The notes: a model not told the origin generated them from the letters alone. DNA of 64,000 nucleotides from an uncultured Actinomycetes bacterium (GCA_963755025.1 CAVWIH010000017.1:1-64000), one strand, 5' to 3'. Shown: positions 43,528 to 53,105, numbered from the stretch's first letter. Program-made: numbers and translations.

Positions 43528-45333
43528 CTAACTGTAGATCTGGTAGTCGAACAGCTTGCGATAGGCGCCCTCGGCCTCGAGCAGCTCGTCGTGGGTGCCG
43601 CGCTCCTCGATGACGCCGTGGTCGAGCACGACGATCTGGTCGGAGTGCTGCACGGTCGACAGGCGGTGGGCGATGACGATCAAGGTCTTGCGGTGGCGCA
43701 CGCCGTCGAGCGCCTGCTGGATGTACTGCTCCGACTCGGAGTCGAGGGCGCTGGTGGGCTCGTCGAGGATGAGGATCTCGGGGTCCTGCAGGAACACGCG
43801 GGCCAGCGCCAGGCGCTGGCGCTCGCCGCCCGAGAGCCGCACGCCGCGGTCGCCGACGCTGGTCTCGAGGCCGTTGGGCAGCTTGCCGACGAAGTTGGCG
43901 CAGAAGCTGGACTCGAGGGCCTCGGCGATCTCGGCGGCGCTGGGCTCGCGTTCGAGCCCGTAGACCAGGTTGTTGTAGATGGTGTCGTTGAACAGCAGGG
44001 CGTCCTGGGTCATGAAGCCGATGGAGCGGCGCAGGCTGCGCAGCTCGAAGTCCTGCACGGGGCGGCCGTCGAACAGCACGCGGCCTTCGTTGGCGTCGCG
44101 CAGGCGCGGGATGAGGTCGACCAGGGTCGACTTGCCCGAGCCCGACTTGCCCACGATGGCCGTCTGCGAGCGGCAGGGGATCGTGAGGTCGACGCCCCGC
44201 AGGACGAGCTCCCCGGTCTCGTCGCCGTAGGCGAAGCTCACGTCGTCGAAGCGGATGCCGTCGCGCAGGCCGGCAAAGGCGGCGTCGCCGCCCACGATGT
44301 GCCGCGAGGCGCTGGCGCGGTTGAAGGTGTCGCGTACCAGGTGGAGGCTGTCGATCGTGGCCATTAGCGACTGGCGGCCGTTGTTGAAGCCCTTCACGTT
44401 GTTGTTGAGCTGCAGCAAGATGAAGAGGAAGAGGCCGATGGTGGCGAGGCTGGCGTGGAAGAACTGCACGCCCACGAAGATGACGGCGAAGAGCATGAGC
44501 ATCTGCAGGGGGTCGATCGTCACCTCGACGATGCCGCTCAGGATCGAGATGCGCCGCTGCGCGTCGCCGAAGCGCGTCACGACCGCGGTGACGTTCTCGG
44601 TCTCGCGGTCCTCCTGGCCGAGCATCTTGATGAGCCGCAGGGCGGTGATGCGCTCGGAGATCACCGAGTAGGTCTCGTTGTTGAGCTGGGCGGTCACGCG
44701 CCCCAGCGCTCGCGAGCGCTTGATGGCGCGGTTGACCAGGAGCGAGATCAGCGCCAGGGCGACCACCGTGATCACGGCGAGCTTGACCTGCAGTACGAGC
44801 AGGACGAGGACGTACATCGCGATCAGCAGGCCGACCGAGATCTGCTGCATGAACTGGGTGATGGCGCCGCCGCCGCGCTGCACCTGGGCGGTGAGCGTGC
44901 TGACCAGGTTGCTGTTGCCCTCGCCCACGACGAAGGCCAGGTCGCCGTGGATGATCGCGGCGAAACCCCGGGAGCGCAGGCGCACCATCGCCCGTTGCTG
45001 CACGCGCGACACGTAGGTCGTGTTGGTGAGATAGACAAACTCGCGCAGCAGGATGGGCACGAAGGCCAGCACCAGCAGGGAGAGCAGGGTGACCGGCAGG
45101 CCGAGGAAGTGCAGCACGTGGTAGAGCAGGTCGCTGAAGACGCCGCCGCCCTTGGCCTTGCCGTACTCGATGTACTGCAGCACGGGCGAGAGCATGCCGG
45201 CAGCCAGGGCCTGCAGCACGGCCAGCATGACGGAGAGCACCACCAGGATGCCGACTTCCGAGGGGCGCACGGAGAGGATCTGGAACAGCTCCCGCCCGGC
45301 CAGCAGCCAGCGGTTCTTTCGGTGTTCGGTCAC
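43528..45333 (-). CDS. ABC transporter ATP-binding/permease (MsbA/HetA/PglK-like), copy 1
   Basis: TM domain, GKSGSGKST, LSGGERQR, LILDEPTSALD, IAHRLST. Confidence 0.95.
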   Translation of the reverse strand: MTEHRKNRWLLAGRELFQILSVRPSEVGILVVLSVMLAVLQALAAGMLSPVLQYIEYGKAKGGGVFSDLLYHVLHFLGLPVTLLSLLVLAFVPILLREFVYLTNTTYVSRVQQRAMVRLRSRGFAAIIHGDLAFVVGEGNSNLVSTLTAQVQRGGGAITQFMQQISVGLLIAMYVLVLLVLQVKLAVITVVALALISLLVNRAIKRSRALGRVTAQLNNETYSVISERITALRLIKMLGQEDRETENVTAVVTRFGDAQRRISILSGIVEVTIDPLQMLMLFAVIFVGVQFFHASLATIGLFLFILLQLNNNVKGFNNGRQSLMATIDSLHLVRDTFNRASASRHIVGGDAAFAGLRDGIRFDDVSFAYGDETGELVLRGVDLTIPCRSQTAIVGKSGSGKSTLVDLIPRLRDANEGRVLFDGRPVQDFELRSLRRSIGFMTQDALLFNDTIYNNLVYGLEREPSAAEIAEALESSFCANFVGKLPNGLETSVGDRGVRLSGGERQRLALARVFLQDPEILILDEPTSALDSESEQYIQQALDGVRHRKTLIVIAHRLSTVQHSDQIVVLDHGVIEERGTHDELLEAEGAYRKLFDYQIYS

Positions 45334-45348
45334 CGCACTCCTCGGCCG
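43534..45348. repeat. 1815-bp direct repeat, copy 1 (pairs with 48060-49874)
   Basis: Offset 4526; only difference spotted is 45037 A vs 49563 G (synonymous). Confidence 0.95.
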
Positions 45349-45573
45349 CTTCGCCCTCGGCTTGCAGCAGACTCTGACAGGAGCGTCGTCGGCTGTCCCA
45401 GCATTTCGGGCGACGATCGACGCGCTCTCTCTACGGGCCGCTCGGACATCGCGGTCGGCATCGACGAACCGTCGTGCGCCACCCGATCCGGTCTGCCGGT
45501 CAGCCTCGACCAGACCGCGCCGGGCGACTCGAGCAGGCGCTGACTACCGGGAAGGACGTTCCAAGCGGCCAGT

Positions 45574-45582
45574 AGTCTAGCA
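45574..45582 (-). promoter_or_regulatory. Extended -10 promoter candidate for ABC copy 1
   Basis: Minus strand TG-C-TAGACT. Confidence 0.35.
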
Positions 45583-45609
45583 CGCGACACCCGGAGATGC
45601 GGCCCTCGG

Positions 45610-46737
45610 TCAGCTCCTCGTGCGATGCCTGATGAGACCGTCCACCATGTCGCGCAACCCGGGAGCCACGGCATCGTAACTGTACTTCTCGATGCATCGC
45701 CGCCGTGCCCGCCGCCCCAGGTCGGCGGCGCGGGTCGGGTCGTCGAGCAGCCCGGCCATGGTGGCCGCCAGCGACCTGACGTCACCAGGCCTGACGATCT
45801 CGCCGCAGTCCCGAAGGATCTCGGGCAGGTCGGAGACGCCCGAGGCGACGATGGGCTTGGCCATCGCCATGGCATCGAATAGCTTGGCCGGCACCTGACC
45901 GCGCGCTGCCGGTATGTCGGCCTGGAAGAGCACCACGAGGTCGGCCGCGGCCTGGAACCTGGGGACTGCGGAGAACGGCTGTGGGCCGACCGTCCTCACG
46001 AACTGCTTGTCGGGTAGCCGGCTCGCCTGGAGCTCCGTCGCGCCCACCACCAGCAAGGTGACATCGTCACGCTTCAGTCCCTCGATGGCCTCGGTCAGTT
46101 GCGCGATGCCCTTGTGTTTCATCGGTGTCCCCAGGAAGAGGACGACCTTGCGTCCGGCCAGCCCGAGGTCGGACTTGATCTGCTCTGAGTCGAACTTGCT
46201 CGGGTCGAAGCGCGCCGTGTCGCGAGCATGCGGGATCAGCGTGCCGCCAAAGAGCCCCTGCAGAAAGAGGCTCGCGACGCTGACGCCGTCGGCCGTCGAC
46301 GCCAGCCGTTCGAGCGCCCACGTATAGGCGATGTTGTTGGCGTCGGTGAGGCGGGCGGCGCTCTTCAGCTTTCGGCGGAGCGTGCCGTAGTAGAAGAGGG
46401 CAAAGCCCCATTCCCAGTCGTCGACGTCGAGGACCAGCGGCTTGTGGCTGGCGAGCCTCGCGAGCAGGGGCACGCCGAAGCTCGTCACCCTTGGCTTGAC
46501 CGCGTACACGGCTTGCGCCCGGGAGTTCAGGATGTACCGAAAGCAATCGATCGAACTGAGGATCGTGCACTTGACCGATGCATCGTCGGCCAGGGGCTCC
46601 CAGACCACGCCGCGTGAAGCCGGGCCGACGATCTCTACGTCGTAGTAGCGGCTCAGCATCTGCGCCAGGACGTGCGCTCTCGCGTAGCTGTTGTTCGAAA
46701 CATCTTGCGAGACCAGGATGATGCTCGCCTGCCCCAT
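45610..46737 (-). CDS. Glycosyltransferase family 4 (GT-B)
   Basis: LDVDDWE, FLGT..HKG, PAKLFDAMAMAKPIVAS-x-VSD; GGAGG RBS before ATG 46737. Confidence 0.92.
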   Translation of the reverse strand: MGQASIILVSQDVSNNSYARAHVLAQMLSRYYDVEIVGPASRGVVWEPLADDASVKCTILSSIDCFRYILNSRAQAVYAVKPRVTSFGVPLLARLASHKPLVLDVDDWEWGFALFYYGTLRRKLKSAARLTDANNIAYTWALERLASTADGVSVASLFLQGLFGGTLIPHARDTARFDPSKFDSEQIKSDLGLAGRKVVLFLGTPMKHKGIAQLTEAIEGLKRDDVTLLVVGATELQASRLPDKQFVRTVGPQPFSAVPRFQAAADLVVLFQADIPAARGQVPAKLFDAMAMAKPIVASGVSDLPEILRDCGEIVRPGDVRSLAATMAGLLDDPTRAADLGRRARRRCIEKYSYDAVAPGLRDMVDGLIRHRTRS

Positions 46738-46781
46738 GGCTATCGCCTCCGGTATGCGCCGCCCACGCGTGGCGACTTGGA

Positions 46782-47909
46782 TCAGCCGATCTTCATCTGC
46801 GCGAAGGCGTCGCTGAATCGCTTTTGCCACGTGTGATCGCGCAGTGCGCGCTGCCGCCCTGCTAGCCGGACGGCTTCGCACTCTTCGCTGTGGCTCAGGT
46901 AGTGTCGCGTCTTGGCCACGAGGTCGTCGGCGGTCTTGAAGCAAGCGATCTCTACCCCCGGCACAAAGAACTCCTCGATCTCCTCGAGGTACTCGAGCAG
47001 ATAGAAGCCGCCGGACATGGGCACCTCGAAATCTCGCAGTCGCACCTGCCGGATCGGCTCGGCCGAGCGACCGGTGTCGCCGACCGAGGAGAACCCGAGG
47101 CTGATCCGGGAGCGGCTAAAGGTGGCGATCATCTGCTCATCCGACAGCAGCCCGCCGCACACGCCTTGGGGAAAACGCGGGTCGCTTCGCGGGTGAGGCT
47201 GAGCGGCTTGAGATGCGCGGCCCTTGAGGAGGTTCCTGGCGTGCCGCAGGTGCGCCACGGCGCCTTGTGGAGGGGAGAACCTCAGCCACCCGGGCCCCCA
47301 GACGCGCACGTCGATGCCGGACTCCAGCAGCGCGCTGATGTAGTCGGGGCGGTCGCCGTAGGCCGCCCCGACGAAGGTCACGTCGAGGTCGTGGGGAAGG
47401 TTGGAGTGGCGATAGAAGTCGGGGTTGGCCGCCTCCTGGCAGTAGATCGGGCGGGCGCCGATCGCGCGATAGTCCGCCAGGCGGACCTTCTCGGGCACGA
47501 GGCAGTAGCTGTAAGCGGGGGCGATCTCGCGCACGAGGTCGAACTGATAGGAGGCGTTGCAGTACCAGTTGACCGTCGTGATGCCCATGCTGTTGATAGC
47601 GCGGATCGTCTCGGGCGTGACGAAGGACGAGTAGAAGTAACTGAAGAAGACGTCGATCGGCTGACTTTCGTGCGCCGCCCGGATCTGAGCCAGCAGGGCG
47701 GATTCGAGCTGCGTGCGGTGCGCGGCTACCCAGGCCGCGTTCTCAGCACGTGCGACGTTGGCGTGCAGGTAATGAGGGGCGAGGTCGTAGTCGAGTTCGA
47801 CGACCTGGTGCTCGAGGCCGACGAGAGCCATGAACAGGTTGGACCGCCAGACCTGCGATTGGGGGAGAGCCCTGTTGGGGCGGCTGCCGGCGGCGTAAAA
47901 GATGCGCAT
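46782..47909 (-). CDS. CgeB-like glycosyltransferase (Glyco_trans_1_2)
   Basis: DVTFVG, VWG-x-GW, SRISL, RDFEVPMSGGF, F-x-PG-x-EI, DHTW. Confidence 0.88.
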   Translation of the reverse strand: MRIFYAAGSRPNRALPQSQVWRSNLFMALVGLEHQVVELDYDLAPHYLHANVARAENAAWVAAHRTQLESALLAQIRAAHESQPIDVFFSYFYSSFVTPETIRAINSMGITTVNWYCNASYQFDLVREIAPAYSYCLVPEKVRLADYRAIGARPIYCQEAANPDFYRHSNLPHDLDVTFVGAAYGDRPDYISALLESGIDVRVWGPGWLRFSPPQGAVAHLRHARNLLKGRASQAAQPHPRSDPRFPQGVCGGLLSDEQMIATFSRSRISLGFSSVGDTGRSAEPIRQVRLRDFEVPMSGGFYLLEYLEEIEEFFVPGVEIACFKTADDLVAKTRHYLSHSEECEAVRLAGRQRALRDHTWQKRFSDAFAQMKIG

Positions 47910-48053
47910 CAGAACGACCTCGGACGATCGATTGTGGCGGATGAAACCGCTGCGCCCCCGTTCGGGGCCAGCAGAAGGCTTGCACGACTTGGTCGCGCCC
48001 GCAAGTGTATGGAGGCGGCCGCGAGAGGCGACATGAGCGCGCCTTCCGACGCC

Positions 48054-49859
48054 CTACGCGTAGATCTGGTAGTCGAACAGCTTGCGATAGGCGCCCTCGG
48101 CCTCGAGCAGCTCGTCGTGGGTGCCGCGCTCCTCGATGACGCCGTGGTCGAGCACGACGATCTGGTCGGAGTGCTGCACGGTCGACAGGCGGTGGGCGAT
48201 GACGATCAAGGTCTTGCGGTGGCGCACGCCGTCGAGCGCCTGCTGGATGTACTGCTCCGACTCGGAGTCGAGGGCGCTGGTGGGCTCGTCGAGGATGAGG
48301 ATCTCGGGGTCCTGCAGGAACACGCGGGCCAGCGCCAGGCGCTGGCGCTCGCCGCCCGAGAGCCGCACGCCGCGGTCGCCGACGCTGGTCTCGAGGCCGT
48401 TGGGCAGCTTGCCGACGAAGTTGGCGCAGAAGCTGGACTCGAGGGCCTCGGCGATCTCGGCGGCGCTGGGCTCGCGTTCGAGCCCGTAGACCAGGTTGTT
48501 GTAGATGGTGTCGTTGAACAGCAGGGCGTCCTGGGTCATGAAGCCGATGGAGCGGCGCAGGCTGCGCAGCTCGAAGTCCTGCACGGGGCGGCCGTCGAAC
48601 AGCACGCGGCCTTCGTTGGCGTCGCGCAGGCGCGGGATGAGGTCGACCAGGGTCGACTTGCCCGAGCCCGACTTGCCCACGATGGCCGTCTGCGAGCGGC
48701 AGGGGATCGTGAGGTCGACGCCCCGCAGGACGAGCTCCCCGGTCTCGTCGCCGTAGGCGAAGCTCACGTCGTCGAAGCGGATGCCGTCGCGCAGGCCGGC
48801 AAAGGCGGCGTCGCCGCCCACGATGTGCCGCGAGGCGCTGGCGCGGTTGAAGGTGTCGCGTACCAGGTGGAGGCTGTCGATCGTGGCCATTAGCGACTGG
48901 CGGCCGTTGTTGAAGCCCTTCACGTTGTTGTTGAGCTGCAGCAAGATGAAGAGGAAGAGGCCGATGGTGGCGAGGCTGGCGTGGAAGAACTGCACGCCCA
49001 CGAAGATGACGGCGAAGAGCATGAGCATCTGCAGGGGGTCGATCGTCACCTCGACGATGCCGCTCAGGATCGAGATGCGCCGCTGCGCGTCGCCGAAGCG
49101 CGTCACGACCGCGGTGACGTTCTCGGTCTCGCGGTCCTCCTGGCCGAGCATCTTGATGAGCCGCAGGGCGGTGATGCGCTCGGAGATCACCGAGTAGGTC
49201 TCGTTGTTGAGCTGGGCGGTCACGCGCCCCAGCGCTCGCGAGCGCTTGATGGCGCGGTTGACCAGGAGCGAGATCAGCGCCAGGGCGACCACCGTGATCA
49301 CGGCGAGCTTGACCTGCAGTACGAGCAGGACGAGGACGTACATCGCGATCAGCAGGCCGACCGAGATCTGCTGCATGAACTGGGTGATGGCGCCGCCGCC
49401 GCGCTGCACCTGGGCGGTGAGCGTGCTGACCAGGTTGCTGTTGCCCTCGCCCACGACGAAGGCCAGGTCGCCGTGGATGATCGCGGCGAAACCCCGGGAG
49501 CGCAGGCGCACCATCGCCCGTTGCTGCACGCGCGACACGTAGGTCGTGTTGGTGAGATAGACGAACTCGCGCAGCAGGATGGGCACGAAGGCCAGCACCA
49601 GCAGGGAGAGCAGGGTGACCGGCAGGCCGAGGAAGTGCAGCACGTGGTAGAGCAGGTCGCTGAAGACGCCGCCGCCCTTGGCCTTGCCGTACTCGATGTA
49701 CTGCAGCACGGGCGAGAGCATGCCGGCAGCCAGGGCCTGCAGCACGGCCAGCATGACGGAGAGCACCACCAGGATGCCGACTTCCGAGGGGCGCACGGAG
49801 AGGATCTGGAACAGCTCCCGCCCGGCCAGCAGCCAGCGGTTCTTTCGGTGTTCGGTCAC
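48054..49859 (-). CDS. ABC transporter ATP-binding/permease, copy 2
   Basis: Translation matches copy 1 except the last residue (A vs S); GTG start after GAGGAG. Confidence 0.95.
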   Translation of the reverse strand: MTEHRKNRWLLAGRELFQILSVRPSEVGILVVLSVMLAVLQALAAGMLSPVLQYIEYGKAKGGGVFSDLLYHVLHFLGLPVTLLSLLVLAFVPILLREFVYLTNTTYVSRVQQRAMVRLRSRGFAAIIHGDLAFVVGEGNSNLVSTLTAQVQRGGGAITQFMQQISVGLLIAMYVLVLLVLQVKLAVITVVALALISLLVNRAIKRSRALGRVTAQLNNETYSVISERITALRLIKMLGQEDRETENVTAVVTRFGDAQRRISILSGIVEVTIDPLQMLMLFAVIFVGVQFFHASLATIGLFLFILLQLNNNVKGFNNGRQSLMATIDSLHLVRDTFNRASASRHIVGGDAAFAGLRDGIRFDDVSFAYGDETGELVLRGVDLTIPCRSQTAIVGKSGSGKSTLVDLIPRLRDANEGRVLFDGRPVQDFELRSLRRSIGFMTQDALLFNDTIYNNLVYGLEREPSAAEIAEALESSFCANFVGKLPNGLETSVGDRGVRLSGGERQRLALARVFLQDPEILILDEPTSALDSESEQYIQQALDGVRHRKTLIVIAHRLSTVQHSDQIVVLDHGVIEERGTHDELLEAEGAYRKLFDYQIYA

Positions 49860-49874
49860 CGCACTCCTCGGCCG
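48060..49874. repeat. 1815-bp direct repeat, copy 2
   Basis: Matches 43534-45348. Confidence 0.95.
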
Positions 49875-49955
49875 GGAACGGCAAAACGACAGTGGGCGCT
49901 CTGTGCAAGCGCCGCGGGTGGTCGCCGCGCGACAAATTCGCGCCGACGCGTACTT

Positions 49956-49985
49956 AGTGTAGACAATCGCGGGTAGCGCGCTCAA
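49956..49985 (-). promoter_or_regulatory. SigA-type promoter candidate for the glycosylation operon
   Basis: Minus strand TTGAGC-N18-TACACT about 100 nt upstream of ABC copy 2. Confidence 0.5.
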
Positions 49986-50213
49986 CTTGGGCGACCGCCG
50001 TCGCCGCCGCTGGTGCGACTGTGTGCCTAGTTTTGATGACGCAGGGAATCCCTTCTTGCGATGGCTGCCGCGCTGCGAGAGAGTTCGCTCGTGGACCGCT
50101 CGCGCGACGGCGGCCTAGCGGGAAGTGAGACCGGTCACGCGGATCGCCGTTCTTTACGACGCCAGTGACGTCAGGTCGCTGTACCCGAAAACGAGCAGAC
50201 GACAGGACGCGAG

Positions 50214-51713
50214 ATGAGCGAGACGACGGCACCAACGCAGCTGGCCCGCAACCAGGTCGGACTCATGGCGGCGCTCTTCCAGTCGATCACGTCGATGGCC
50301 CCCGGCGCGGCCATCGCCGCCTCGATCCCGCTGGGAGCGGCCTTCGCCGGCGGCGCCTTGCCGCTCTCGGTCCTCATCGCCTTCGTGGGCATCCTCTTCA
50401 CCGCGGCCAGCATAGGCCAGCTCGCCAAGCACATCCCGGCGGCGGGCTCGGTGGCCACCTACAGCGCGGTCGGCCTGAGCCCCTCGATCGGCTTTCTGGT
50501 GGGCTGGGCCTACGCCGCCGTCGAGGTCCTGATCGTGCCGCTCGTCATGCTGCAGCTCGGCTACACGGTGGCCGGCGAATGGCACTCCGAGAGCGCCGGG
50601 TTCCCGCTCGGCGCCTGGTGGGTCTTCATGCTGCTCGGCACGTTCCTCGTCTGCGGCCTGGTCTACCGCGGCGTGCACACCTCGACCAGCACCGGCGTGT
50701 GGCTGGGTCTGGTCGAGATCCTCGTGTTCCTCACGCTGGCCATCGTGCTGGTCGTCAAGGCCGGCGACCACAACACGCTGGCGGTCTTCGGCACGAAGTA
50801 CGCCAACGCCAAGGGCTTCGTCGGCTTTTCGGGGGTGACCGCGGGGGCGGTCGGCGCACTGCTCGCCTTCTCGGGCTTCGAGGCCGCGGCGCCGCTCGCC
50901 GAAGAGACCAGGAACCCGCGGCGCAACGTGCCGCTGGCGGTCGTGCTGGCCACCGTGGCGATCGGCGCGCTCTACATCTTCACCACCTACGCCGCCGACG
51001 TCTCGTTCGGGCCGCGCATCTTCAGCGGCTTTGCGAGCTCGGCCAACGGCGTGCCCTGGGACGGCCTCGCGCGCAGCGTCTCGGGCGTGTTCTGGCTGCT
51101 CGTGCTGATCGCCATCATCAACTCCACGCTGGCCAACGCCAACTCGGGCACCAACGTGTTCACGCGCACGGCCTACGCCTTCGGTCGCGTCGGCGCGTTC
51201 CCGCGGGCCTGCGCCGACCTGCACCCCAGGTTCAAGTCGCCGCGGGTCGGCATTCTGATCGAACTGGTGCTGAGCTGCGCCCTCGGCCTGGGACTGGGCT
51301 TCAGGTACACGCCGCAGACCGCCTTCGGCATCATCGGCACCGGCCTGGTCGTCCTCGTCGTGCCGGTCTACATGATCGCCAACCTGGCTTGCATCGGGCT
51401 CTTCGCCAGGCACCGCAAAGAGGAACAGCACATCGTCTACCACATCGTGGTGCCGATCATCGGCTTCCTCTTCCTGCTGCCCGGCTTCATGAGCGCCGCC
51501 GGCATCACCGGCGTGCCCGGCCTGTCGTTCATCGTGGCCCTGTCGTCGCCGTACTCCTACGCGGCGTACGCCATGGCCGCCTGGGTGGTCATCGGCATCG
51601 TCGTGCTGCTCGTGCTGCGCAGCCGCAACCCGCGTGCCGTGGCGGCCGTCGCTCAGATCCACTACGAAGACGACGCCGTGCCCGCCGTCGCGGCGCCCGG
51701 GAGCGACGCCTGA
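50214..51713 (+). CDS. APC-family permease, close paralogue of 21380-22903
   Basis: Long identical peptide blocks (SMAPGAAIAASIPLGAAFA, PGFMSAAGITGVPGLSFI). Confidence 0.92.
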   Translation: MSETTAPTQLARNQVGLMAALFQSITSMAPGAAIAASIPLGAAFAGGALPLSVLIAFVGILFTAASIGQLAKHIPAAGSVATYSAVGLSPSIGFLVGWAYAAVEVLIVPLVMLQLGYTVAGEWHSESAGFPLGAWWVFMLLGTFLVCGLVYRGVHTSTSTGVWLGLVEILVFLTLAIVLVVKAGDHNTLAVFGTKYANAKGFVGFSGVTAGAVGALLAFSGFEAAAPLAEETRNPRRNVPLAVVLATVAIGALYIFTTYAADVSFGPRIFSGFASSANGVPWDGLARSVSGVFWLLVLIAIINSTLANANSGTNVFTRTAYAFGRVGAFPRACADLHPRFKSPRVGILIELVLSCALGLGLGFRYTPQTAFGIIGTGLVVLVVPVYMIANLACIGLFARHRKEEQHIVYHIVVPIIGFLFLLPGFMSAAGITGVPGLSFIVALSSPYSYAAYAMAAWVVIGIVVLLVLRSRNPRAVAAVAQIHYEDDAVPAVAAPGSDA

Positions 51714-52618
51714 TGGCCGCCCCGACCGTCACCAAGGACAGGAGCGTCTTCGCCATGTCGCAGGCGGCCGCGCCGGTCGCGCGCGTGGCCGCGGGCGACA
51801 CCATCCGCCTCGAGACGGCCGACTGCTTCTCGGACCAGGTGGCCGGGCCCGCCGACGTGGGGCGCGGCATCGACTGGGCCACCGTCAACCCGGCGACCGG
51901 CCCAGTCTACGTCGAGGGCGCCGAGCCCGGCGACGTGCTCGCCGTGCGCATCGAGCGTCTCGAGATCTCCGATCACGGCGTCATGTGCACGGGCGGCGGC
52001 TGGGGCGTGCTGGGCGACCGCATCGACGAGCTCGACTGGCGGTTCCTCGCCATCGCCGGCGGCCGCGCACAGTGGCCGGGCGGACCGAGCTTTCCCACCC
52101 GCCCCATGATCGGCGTCATCGGCGTGGCGCCGGCCGGCGCCGACGTGCCCTGCGGCACGCCCGGCCCGCACGGCGGCAACATGGACACCCGTCTGATCGG
52201 CGAGGGCGCCACCATCTACCTGCCGGTGCAGGTGCCCGGCGCCCTGCTCGCCGCCGGCGACCTGCACGCCGCCATGGGCGACGGCGAGATCGCGGTCACC
52301 GGGGTCGAGGTGGCCGGCGCGGTCACGCTGCAGCTCGGCGTGCGCCGCGACCTCAAGCTCACCGACCCGCTGCTCGAGAACGCTGAGATGGTGGCGACCA
52401 TCGCCTCGGCCTCCACCTTAGACGAAGCGGCGACCATGGCCACGACCGCCATGGCCGATCTGCTGCACGGGCGCCTGGGCATGGGGCTGGCCGACGCCGT
52501 CATGCTCATGAGCGCCGTCGGCGAGGTGCGCGTCTCGCAGATGGTCGACCCGCTGCGCACGGTGCGCTTCGAGATGCCCAAGGCGGCCTACGAGCCCGCC
52601 TTCGGCCCCTTGCTCTAG
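51713..52618 (+). CDS. Acetamidase/formamidase-family protein
   Basis: NPATGPVYVEGAEPGDVL, PMIGVIGVAP, PGPHGGNMD, GDLHAAMGDGE; TGATG coupling with the permease. Confidence 0.93.
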   Translation: MAAPTVTKDRSVFAMSQAAAPVARVAAGDTIRLETADCFSDQVAGPADVGRGIDWATVNPATGPVYVEGAEPGDVLAVRIERLEISDHGVMCTGGGWGVLGDRIDELDWRFLAIAGGRAQWPGGPSFPTRPMIGVIGVAPAGADVPCGTPGPHGGNMDTRLIGEGATIYLPVQVPGALLAAGDLHAAMGDGEIAVTGVEVAGAVTLQLGVRRDLKLTDPLLENAEMVATIASASTLDEAATMATTAMADLLHGRLGMGLADAVMLMSAVGEVRVSQMVDPLRTVRFEMPKAAYEPAFGPLL

Positions 52619-52636
52619 GCGCGGCAGGCCGGGACG

Positions 52637-52668
52637 CGCGCCCGGCGGGCTTGCGTCCGCCGGGCGCG
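52637..52668 (+). terminator. Hairpin after the acetamidase gene
   Basis: CGCGCCCGGCGGGC-TTGC-GTCCGCCGGGCGCG. Confidence 0.55.
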
Positions 52669-52744
52669 ACGCTCACCGCTCGCGACGCCCCGCCTCCCGC
52701 GACGCTCACCGTGCGCAACGCTCACCGTGCGCGACGCCCACCCG
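52665..52744. repeat. Five tandem ~16-bp units
   Basis: Consensus CGCGACGCTCACCGTG at 52665, 52681, 52698, 52714 and 52730. Confidence 0.8.
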
Positions 52745-52818
52745 CGTCGCTCGCGTTGCACTCCGCAGCGCCCCGTCGTGGCGCCGCACGCACGCGCGGC
52801 GGCGCCCTGTTGTCTCGC

Positions 52819-52846
52819 TTGGCAACACAGGCAGTCGGGGTACACT
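52819..52846 (+). promoter_or_regulatory. SigA-type promoter candidate
   Basis: TTGGCA-N16-TACACT. Confidence 0.45.
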
Positions 52847-52850
52847 GACT

Positions 52851-53105
52851 AGTGGGCGCAGGGAGGGCGGCGCAGCGGCGCTGCCCGAACGGGGACCTCG
52901 ACGTCCGACACCGCCGACCAGACAGGGGCCGCACCCTTGGGCCAAGCGAGCGGCGGGGGAGCAGTTGCTCCCACAGGCGCACACTTCTGCACAGGCCGCG
53001 GCGCGGTGAGCGCCGGCGACAAGTCGCCGCCCCGTCCAACATCACGCCTGCATTCGTACCGAAAAAAGGCGTTCTGCGCGGTTGCAGCGCCACCCTCGGT
53101 CCACT
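52851..53105 (+). ncRNA. Candidate ~255-nt structured RNA or long structured leader
   Basis: Ends pair over an irregular ~35-40 bp stem (AGTGGGC/GTCCACT, GAGGGCGGCGC/GCGCCACCCTC, GAACG/CGTTC), with a central bubble, inner stem and several hairpins; starts right after the -10 box. Confidence 0.45.

Noticed and set aside
43534-49874. Composite transposon
   Set aside because: The flanking repeats encode an ABC transporter and have no transposase, IRs or target duplication
52665-52744. CRISPR or iteron array
   Set aside because: 16-bp degenerate units without spacers; no cas or rep gene nearby
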